Of a stretch of 15,864 nucleotides of DNA, positions 5,561 through 11,991 are shown one piece after another. How positions within the stretch are numbered: the first letter of the stretch is position 1; each line of letters opens with the position of its first letter. The DNA comes from Thermoproteota archaeon. Its GTDB lineage: Archaea > Thermoproteota > Nitrososphaeria_A > Caldarchaeales > Calditenuaceae. Location of the stretch: contig JAUQPU010000013.1 of NCBI GenBank assembly GCA_030550235.1, forward strand, positions 1-15,864. Reading direction: 5' to 3'. A model generated the notes under the pieces. It did no database searches. It was not told where the DNA came from and worked only from the letters and a program-made list of their open reading frames with translations. The position numbers and the translations under genes were made by a program.

Positions 5561-7447
5561 TTGGAGGCCTCCGGCGGAGGGCGGCTAAAGCGGGAGATAG
5601 GATGGTTCAGCGCCTTCTCCATGGGCTTCGGGGATGTAGGGGCTGACGTATTCATCGCCCTAGGCGTCACGATGCTCTACGCGGGAGGCGCAGCCTTCTT
5701 CGCCTTCGCCATAACAGCCATAGCCTACGTAGCCATTAGCCTGGCCTATGCCGAGCTGGCGCCTGCATACCCCTACGCTGGAGGAGTCCAATCCTACGCC
5801 CTCAGGACCTGGAACTCTCTGGGAAGCTTCATCGCCGGCTGGGCTATACTACTCGACTACATGCTCTGTCTCTCACTCTTCGCAACAGCCGCGGCCGGAT
5901 ACGTCAAGTTCCTAATACCCGGGGTCGAGGGTATGGCCCTTCAGCTGGGGTCCCTGACGCTTAGGAGCCTAGGTCTAATAGCGGCTCTAATAGTCATCCT
6001 CCTTATCGCGGTAAACTATTTCGGAGTAAAGTACTCGGCTGAGATGAATGCGGGGATTGTGGCCCTAGGGCTGGTTGTCCAGTCTCTCGTGGTTATTGTA
6101 GGGTTCCTAACGGTCTTCAGCTTTGAGAGACTCGTCTCCCAGCTCACAGTCATAGGCAACCCAGAGCCCCAAGGAGAAGTGTCCTATCTCCCAGTCCTCA
6201 GCATCTCTGAAAACAACTTCCTCTACGGGCTGACAATAGCCATGGCTTCCTACATAGGTGTCGAGTCGATAGCCCAGGCTGCTGAGGAGACGCGGATGCC
6301 CCACCGCTGGATACCTAGGGCCACACTGCTCTGCGCGGTCATGGTCCCCCTCTTCGTATTATTGTACAGCTCGATAGCCCTCGGCGCTACGGACTGGCGG
6401 AACATAGCTGCGGCTCTCGAGAACCCTGTAGCCTCGCTGGTCAGCAGATACCCCATACTCGGTCCAGAGCTTGCACTGCTGGTCTCTTTCACGGCGATTA
6501 TTCTCTGCATCGTCTCGTCAAACACGGGGCTCATAGGAATCTCTAGGCTTGCCGCAAGCATGGGTAAGCTGGGGCTCATGCCTCACTGGTTCTACGCAAT
6601 CCACAAGCGATACGGTACACCAACAAAAGCCATAATCTTCTTCGGCATCATAGGCCTCTTCCTCACACTTCCAGGCGACATACCACTCTTGGCAAGCCTC
6701 TACAACTTCGGAGCCTCCCTAAGCTACATCATACTACTCCTCTCACTAATAATCCTCAGGAACAAGGAGCCACATGTCTACAGGCCTTGGAAAAACAGGC
6801 CAATACTCAGACTCAGACGTAACGGAAGAATCTATGAGATACCACTACCAAGTCTCATAGGCCTCCTACTAATCTCCGCAATCTTCTCGCTCTTCCTACT
6901 CCTGCACGACCTTGGACGAATCCTAGGAATAACGTGGATGGTCATCGGTGTTATCGTATTCTCAGTTTTTCGGAGGATCTATCTGAAAAAACCCGTGATA
7001 AGTGTTGAAGAGCAGGCCCTCGTCATCCCCGCAGGCTATAGGATGCGCCTGACCGTTCTTGTGAAGCCTGGAGAAGACTCCAGGGTCGTGGAAGAAGTCC
7101 TTAGACACTCGCTTGACAAGCGCTTCTCAATCAAGCTCCTCTCGATAATCGACCCCGAGACTGAGGAGGATGTGGAGAGGGCTAGGCTTGAGGCTGAGAG
7201 CAGTCTGGAGGAGGCCCGTAAGTTGCTTGCCTCAAGTGGCTTCGAGACTGAGTATGAGGTGAAGACAGGCAGCTATGAGGAGGTGGTGGATTGGGAGGCT
7301 GAGAAGAGTGGCTCCGACTTCATAGTCATACTGGTCAGGAGGACTGAGAAGGCAGCCATGGAGAAGGAATCCCTCTTCGACATAAAGGTACACTCCATAC
7401 TCACCAAGTATCCAGCCAGAATCATAAGGCTGAGAAAGCTAGCCTAA
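5561..7447 (+). CDS. APC-superfamily amino acid/polyamine permease with a C-terminal universal stress protein (USP)-like domain
   Basis: The N-terminal LKREIGWFSAFSMGFGDVGADVFIALG is the APC signature region, followed by about 12 hydrophobic helices. The last ~138 aa (nt 7031-7444) have the USP-like alternating beta/alpha pattern (RLTVLV...IKLLSIID...FIVILV...ARIIRL). Confidence 0.8.
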   Translation: MEASGGGRLKREIGWFSAFSMGFGDVGADVFIALGVTMLYAGGAAFFAFAITAIAYVAISLAYAELAPAYPYAGGVQSYALRTWNSLGSFIAGWAILLDYMLCLSLFATAAAGYVKFLIPGVEGMALQLGSLTLRSLGLIAALIVILLIAVNYFGVKYSAEMNAGIVALGLVVQSLVVIVGFLTVFSFERLVSQLTVIGNPEPQGEVSYLPVLSISENNFLYGLTIAMASYIGVESIAQAAEETRMPHRWIPRATLLCAVMVPLFVLLYSSIALGATDWRNIAAALENPVASLVSRYPILGPELALLVSFTAIILCIVSSNTGLIGISRLAASMGKLGLMPHWFYAIHKRYGTPTKAIIFFGIIGLFLTLPGDIPLLASLYNFGASLSYIILLLSLIILRNKEPHVYRPWKNRPILRLRRNGRIYEIPLPSLIGLLLISAIFSLFLLLHDLGRILGITWMVIGVIVFSVFRRIYLKKPVISVEEQALVIPAGYRMRLTVLVKPGEDSRVVEEVLRHSLDKRFSIKLLSIIDPETEEDVERARLEAESSLEEARKLLASSGFETEYEVKTGSYEEVVDWEAEKSGSDFIVILVRRTEKAAMEKESLFDIKVHSILTKYPARIIRLRKLA

Positions 7448-7456
7448 ACGAAATGC

Positions 7457-7735
7457 TTACTCCCAGGTCTCCACGCCGCTCTTTTTATGCGTGTGGAGTA
7501 TGATCGATGTCACGGTACTCCTAACGCCGTCTATCTTGGATAAGGTCTTTGAGACGAACCCCCTCAACTCATCAACATCTGATACGGCGACCACGGCTAT
7601 GACGTCATACTCGCCCGTAACCTCGTAGACGTCTAGGGTCTGGGGAAGCTTTGCGAGCTGCTCGCATACGTTCTCAACCTTACCCGACTCGATAAAGAGG
7701 TGAAGAATCGCTTTAATAGTTGGAGACATATCCAT
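7457..7735 (-). CDS. Stand-alone RAM domain protein (Lrp/AsnC ligand-binding domain only), paralogue of 1906..2148
   Basis: 92 aa. IKAILHLFIESGK...VTGEYDVIAVVAVSDVDEL...IDGVRSTVTSIIL aligns colinearly with the 80-aa protein. ATG start. It is convergent with the permease, with a 9-nt gap. Confidence 0.75.
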   Translation of the reverse strand: MDMSPTIKAILHLFIESGKVENVCEQLAKLPQTLDVYEVTGEYDVIAVVAVSDVDELRGFVSKTLSKIDGVRSTVTSIILHTHKKSGVETWE

Positions 7736-7774
7736 TAGTTTGAACCTGTAAAAACTCTCTAATTAATCTGAATT

Positions 7775-7875
7775 TGGGGCCGGTGGGACTTGAACCCACG
7801 GCTTCCGGGTATCTTCACGGCCAGATGCTTCTGAGATCTGGAGCCCGGCGCCCTACCTTGCTAGGCCACGGCCCC
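7775..7875 (-). tRNA. tRNA-Trp (anticodon CCA) with a 27-nt intron (+ strand 7811-7837) at the canonical 37/38 position
   Basis: Reverse complement: acceptor GGGGCCG/CGGCCCC plus A; D arm GCCT-AGCAAGGTA-GGGC; anticodon stem CCGGG...CCCGG enclosing CTCCAG[ATCTCAGAAGCATCTGGCCGTGAAGAT]A; T arm GTGGG-TTCAAGT-CCCAC. 101 nt in total. Confidence 0.88.
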
Positions 7876-7900
7876 CTCGCTACTTGAGAGATAGGCCGCT

Positions 7901-7909
7901 GTAATTAAC
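7901..7909 (-). promoter_or_regulatory. TATA-like box for tRNA-Trp
   Basis: gttaattac on the minus strand, 26-34 nt upstream of the tRNA 5' end at 7875. The same 9-mer (gtaattaac on the + strand) lies upstream of orc1. Confidence 0.4.
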
Positions 7910-7989
7910 CCTTTTCTCAACCTGACTGGCTTGTGGCAAACATTAAAGCATGGCTCTAAGGAGATATCAGCCGTCTAGCGTGGTGTTGT

Positions 7990-8874
7990 ATGAGGCTGGC
8001 TAGGTTTAGAGTCGGTGAGCTCACGACATATGGGCTTGTTGAGGGAGACTATGTGGTCTCTAGGGAGGAGATTGAAGAGGCTACAGGGGTTGCTCTTCCT
8101 CCCTACTTCTCAGACTTTATCGAGAGGTTTGTAGGCGAGCAGGGGTTCAGGAGGCTGGTGCATGAGGCCCTGGGGAAGGTTCCACGAGTACTGAGGATAA
8201 CCCAAGTAAAGCTTCTAGCACCGACGGATAACAAGCCGAAGATAATCTGCATCGGGCTAAACTACAGGGACCATGCGGAGGAGTCTAAGGCTGAGGTGCC
8301 TGATGAGCCAATAATTTTTATGAAGCCCCACACAGCCCTAACAGGCCCCTACGACCCAATCGAATACCCCTCAATCGTCACACAGCTCGACTACGAGGCC
8401 GAGCTAGCAGTAGTTATCGGGAGGAGATGCCGCGGCGTGAAGCCCAGCGAGGCGCCCGAATACATCTGCGGCTACGCAGCCTTCGACGACGTATCAGCTC
8501 GAAACCTCCAGTTCAAGGACAAGCAGTGGACTCGGGGAAAATCATTCGATACATTCGCACCCATGGGCCCCTGGATAGTGACGCGTGACGAGATACCTGA
8601 CCCTCAAAACCTCAAGATAGTCTCTCGAGTCAACGGAGAGACCAGACAAAACTCCAACACGAGGAACATGATATTTGGCGTCAACTACTTGGTCTCTTTT
8701 ATCAGCACGGTCATGACGCTCGAGCCGGGTGATGTCATAGCGACAGGAACGCCTGCAGGTGTTGGAATATTTGCCAAACCTGAGCCGAGGCTCCTCAAGA
8801 TAAACGACGTCGTCGAGGTGGAGGTCGAGGGCATAGGCGTGATAAAGAACAACGTTGTTAGGGGAAGCGTCTAA
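7990..8874 (+). CDS. Fumarylacetoacetate hydrolase (FAH) family protein (2-keto-4-pentenoate hydratase/oxaloacetate decarboxylase-like)
   Basis: Canonical FAH-fold motifs: KIICIGLNYRDHAEE, YEAELAVVIG, DVSARNLQ, TRGKSFDTFAPMGPWIVT, GDVIATGTPAGVG. ATG start preceded by ggtg. Confidence 0.9.
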   Translation: MRLARFRVGELTTYGLVEGDYVVSREEIEEATGVALPPYFSDFIERFVGEQGFRRLVHEALGKVPRVLRITQVKLLAPTDNKPKIICIGLNYRDHAEESKAEVPDEPIIFMKPHTALTGPYDPIEYPSIVTQLDYEAELAVVIGRRCRGVKPSEAPEYICGYAAFDDVSARNLQFKDKQWTRGKSFDTFAPMGPWIVTRDEIPDPQNLKIVSRVNGETRQNSNTRNMIFGVNYLVSFISTVMTLEPGDVIATGTPAGVGIFAKPEPRLLKINDVVEVEVEGIGVIKNNVVRGSV

Positions 8875-9078
8875 GACGGTCAAGAAGACGCGCTAATGTC
8901 TAACAGACGGCCGCCTGAGTATTCTACTAATTTATTCAGAGTTCAAGCCACGGCATCCATATCTATGCGATTGAAGAATATATTACTAATTTTGATGCAA
9001 CGATGCAAAAGAGAGATGAAAAATTGTTATGAGAAACTCTTATTATCTGACATACACTATGTTTAGGGTGGTGATTTA

Positions 9079-10404
9079 TTGGATCAGGTAAAGCTTGGTG
9101 AGCTTGCTATAAAGTATTCACGGCTTTACGGCGGGAAGATTGAGGTCCATCCGAAGGTTCCAATCAGGGGGCTGCAGGACTTCTCAATCTGGTATACGCC
9201 GGGGGTTGCGGAGGTCTGTAAAGCCATTGTGAAGGATAGAAACGAGGCCTTCAACCTCACGAACAGGTGGAACACGATAGCCGTCTTGACCAATGGGACG
9301 AGAGTGCTGGGCTTGGGGAATATCGGGCCCGAGGCCGGCCTTCCAGTTATGGAGGGGAAGGCGCTGATATTCAAGTATCTGGGAGGTGTTGATGCAATCC
9401 CCATAGCTGTGAAAGCCGAGTCTCCGGAGCAGTTCATACAGGTGGCGAAGGCCCTGGAGCCATCCTTCGGAGGCCTAAACCTCGAGGATATCCAGTCGCC
9501 CGACTGCTTCTACATACTTGAGAGGCTCATGTCAGACCTCGAGATCCCGGTCTGGCATGACGACCAGCTGGGAACAGCGGCAGTGACGCTTGCAGCCCTT
9601 ATCAACGCCCTCAAACTCACAGGCCGCACACCCAGAGACACTAGAATAGTCCTCCTCGGGGCGGGGGCCGCTAACATAGCCACCTGCGTCCTCCTCGAAA
9701 AATATGGCTTCAACCCTGGAAACATGATTCTCATAGACAGGATGGGCATTCTCCACTCTGAGAGGGCGGATATGGACTCGCTTATGCTGAAGAATCGCTG
9801 GAAATACGAGATAGCTATCAAGACGAATAGGAGTAAGGTTAGGGGCGGGCTTAGGGAGGCGCTGGATGGTGCGGACGTTCTCATAGCGGCCTCGACGCCC
9901 GGGCCGGGGATTGTTAAGCCCGAGGATATTTCTGTCATGGAGAAGGACCCGATAGTCTTCGCCCTCGCTAACCCCGTCCCAGAAATATGGCCTTGGGAGG
10001 CTGAGAGGGCAGGAGCGGCAATAGTGGCGACTGGGAGAAGCGATTTCCCAAACCAAGTGAACAACAGCCTAATATTCCCCTCAGTCTTCCGAGGAGCCCT
10101 CGACTGCAGCGCACGGCAAATCTCCTACGACGCGATGATTAGGGGTGCGGAGGAGCTTGCGCAGTGTGCAGAGGAGAAGGGCCTCTCACCAGGATATATC
10201 ATCCCAACAATGGAGGAGTGGACTGTCTACCCGAGGGTGGCCGCCGCTGTTGCCGATATACTCTCGAGGCAGGGGCTTGCGAGGAGGCGGCTAAGCTACA
10301 GGGAGGAGCTTGAACGGGCCGGCGAGATTATCTCTAGGTCGAGGAGGATTCTGGAGGCGCTGGTCAACTCGAGGATTGTTGAAGCGCCGGCGACCGAGGC
10401 CTAG
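9079..10404 (+). CDS. NAD(P)-dependent malic enzyme (short prokaryotic form)
   Basis: GKIEVHPKVPI...LSIWYTPGVAEVC, VLTNGTRVLGLGNIGPEAGLPVMEGKALIFKYLGGVDAIPI, Rossmann LLGAGAANIA and ALANPVPEI. The TTG at 9079 is the first possible start, because of an in-frame stop at 9064-9066. Confidence 0.9.
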   Translation: MDQVKLGELAIKYSRLYGGKIEVHPKVPIRGLQDFSIWYTPGVAEVCKAIVKDRNEAFNLTNRWNTIAVLTNGTRVLGLGNIGPEAGLPVMEGKALIFKYLGGVDAIPIAVKAESPEQFIQVAKALEPSFGGLNLEDIQSPDCFYILERLMSDLEIPVWHDDQLGTAAVTLAALINALKLTGRTPRDTRIVLLGAGAANIATCVLLEKYGFNPGNMILIDRMGILHSERADMDSLMLKNRWKYEIAIKTNRSKVRGGLREALDGADVLIAASTPGPGIVKPEDISVMEKDPIVFALANPVPEIWPWEAERAGAAIVATGRSDFPNQVNNSLIFPSVFRGALDCSARQISYDAMIRGAEELAQCAEEKGLSPGYIIPTMEEWTVYPRVAAAVADILSRQGLARRRLSYREELERAGEIISRSRRILEALVNSRIVEAPATEA

Positions 10405-10423
10405 CCATAAACCGGCTAAGAGG

Positions 10424-10431
10424 ATATATTA
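10424..10431 (+). promoter_or_regulatory. TATA-like box for the DtxR-family gene
   Basis: atatatta ends about 21 nt upstream of the GTG at 10452. Confidence 0.4.
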
Positions 10432-10451
10432 TGGCGGCGTAATGGACTGGC

Positions 10452-10874
10452 GTGCCTAGAGCCGATCTGAGCAGAGTTGAGGCTGTCTATCTAGTCACGC
10501 TCCATAAAATGGCTGATGAGCTGAGGACCGGGACTAGCGCCCTGGCCGCCAAGTTTGGTGTGAGGGAGTCGAGCGTCGTGGATGTGGTTAGGAGGCTTGA
10601 GGAGAAGGGGCTTCTTATCCATGAGCCATGGAGATCGATAGCCCTAACCAGGCGCGGAGAGAGGCTCGCAGAGCAGCTCATACACAACCACAGGATAATA
10701 GAGACTTATCTCCACCAAGTCCTCAACCTGCCCGCAAAACTAGCATGCGACGAGGCCCATAAGCTCGAAAATCTCCTATACAGGAAGACCATAGCCTCTA
10801 TGTGCCGCACACTAAACCACCCTACAACATGCATACACGGCGAAGAAATCAAGCACTACAACTGGTGCAGGTAG
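10452..10874 (+). CDS. DtxR/MntR-family metal-dependent transcriptional repressor (no SH3-like domain)
   Basis: Winged-HTH LAAKFGVRESSVVDVVRRLEEKGLL, dimerisation helix LTRRGERLAEQLIHNHRIIETYL, and C-terminal metal-site residues EAHKLEN...LNHPTTCIHGEEI. A GTG start is needed to keep helix 1. Confidence 0.85.
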   Translation: MPRADLSRVEAVYLVTLHKMADELRTGTSALAAKFGVRESSVVDVVRRLEEKGLLIHEPWRSIALTRRGERLAEQLIHNHRIIETYLHQVLNLPAKLACDEAHKLENLLYRKTIASMCRTLNHPTTCIHGEEIKHYNWCR

Positions 10875-10881
10875 GGGCAGG

Positions 10882-11934
10882 CTACTGCACAACCTTCCTC
10901 AAGCGCCTAGGCCTGTCGGGGTCGAGAGACTTCTCCAGGGCAGTGTAATAGGCGAGGAGCTGGAAGGGAACAACCTCGACTGCGGTTGCGAATGCGTGGG
11001 CCGTGCCCGGGAGTACTAGGTCTGCCTCCACATCCAACCCCTTATGGGAAATGACGGTGGCATGCGAGCCTGAAGCCTCAGCCTCAGCGCCAACCCCCTC
11101 AAATACCTCCAAACAATCCCCGGGCTCAGGGGGAATAATGAATACGCATGCCACATCCTTATCCAGTAGCGATATGGGGCCGTGTCTGAACTCGCGGATA
11201 GAGTAGGCCTCCGCATGTATCCCAGAGGTCTCCTTCAGCTTGAGTGACGCCTCGAGGGCTGCTATGTAAGAGGGGCCGTAGCCGAGGAGGAATACATGCC
11301 TCATGCCAGCCAGCTCCTGGGCCAGCCCCCTTACAAACCCCTCAGACAACCCAACAACCTCGGCCAGAGAATCTGGTAGCCTAGCCAGCTCCCCCCTAAA
11401 CCCCTCCACACCCCCTCTACCAAACCTAGCCAACGCCAGGCCCAGCGCCAGTGAATAAGCAGCCGCCAGCTGCGCCATGAAGCTCTTAGTTGCCGGAACA
11501 GCCCTCTCTACGCCATATCTAACCCCAACCACAAATCGGGCCAGAGAAGCGAGAGTGCTTTGGGGAAAAGCAGTCACCGCCAAGACATCAACACCCCTCC
11601 CAGAAGCCAGCCTAGCAGCCCTAAGCGTGTCCACCGACTCGCCGGACTGCGAGATAGCCACGAGGAGATGACCACCATGGAGAATGTTGTGAAGATGCTC
11701 AGAATACTCCGCGGCCTGGACAGAGTAGGCCTCAAAACCAGCCAGCCTCGACGCAGCATAGCAGAGAGAGAGGCCTGCGTGGTGCGAAGAACCACTACTA
11801 CAAGTTACAATACACTTATACCTTGAGACGATCTCCCGCGCAACGTCCTCCACACCGGCGAGCGACTCTAGAGTCTCGCGAAAGGACGCGGGCCCCTCAC
11901 GTATCTCCCGGATCATATAGTGTCCGGTGCCCAC
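10882..11934 (-). CDS. Double-SIS-domain sugar-phosphate isomerase/deaminase, GlmS isomerase-domain-like and lacking the glutaminase domain
   Basis: The N-terminal GHYMIREIREGP mirrors the E. coli GlmS linker HYMQKEIYEQP. SIS motif VAISQSGESVDT, with a second SIS repeat in the C-terminal half. There is no N-terminal Cys glutaminase domain. GTG start. Confidence 0.8.
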   Translation of the reverse strand: MGTGHYMIREIREGPASFRETLESLAGVEDVAREIVSRYKCIVTCSSGSSHHAGLSLCYAASRLAGFEAYSVQAAEYSEHLHNILHGGHLLVAISQSGESVDTLRAARLASGRGVDVLAVTAFPQSTLASLARFVVGVRYGVERAVPATKSFMAQLAAAYSLALGLALARFGRGGVEGFRGELARLPDSLAEVVGLSEGFVRGLAQELAGMRHVFLLGYGPSYIAALEASLKLKETSGIHAEAYSIREFRHGPISLLDKDVACVFIIPPEPGDCLEVFEGVGAEAEASGSHATVISHKGLDVEADLVLPGTAHAFATAVEVVPFQLLAYYTALEKSLDPDRPRRLRKVVQ

Positions 11935-11991
11935 AAACTCCTCACCCCCGTCAATACACTAGCCTCTCTCTTAAACTGTTGGGATGCCTGT

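Noticed and set aside
7811-7837. tRNA-Trp intron as a C/D-box guide RNA, as in Haloferax
   Set aside because: At 27 nt it is too short to hold C, D', C' and D boxes plus guides. GUGAAGA is only a weak C-box resemblance.
8993-9050. Possible C/D-box sRNA in the malic-enzyme upstream spacer (tgatgca ... agatgaa ... ctga)
   Set aside because: The C box has a mismatch and no D' box lies at the expected ~12-nt spacing. The only CTGA is 27 nt beyond the C'-like box, so the geometry does not fit an archaeal C/D sRNA.
8896-9066. 56-codon ORF as a confident protein-coding gene
   Set aside because: It is very AT-rich, unlike every supported CDS here, and has no recognisable motif or obvious promoter spacing. 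I kept it only as a low-priority item within the spacer finding.
9126-10064. Long antisense ORFs in the malic enzyme gene (9126..9437-, 9510..10064-, 9532..10056-)
   Set aside because: The sense frame carries complete malic-enzyme signatures. The antisense products are Ser/Pro/Arg-rich with no motifs, so their length is a GC-content artefact.
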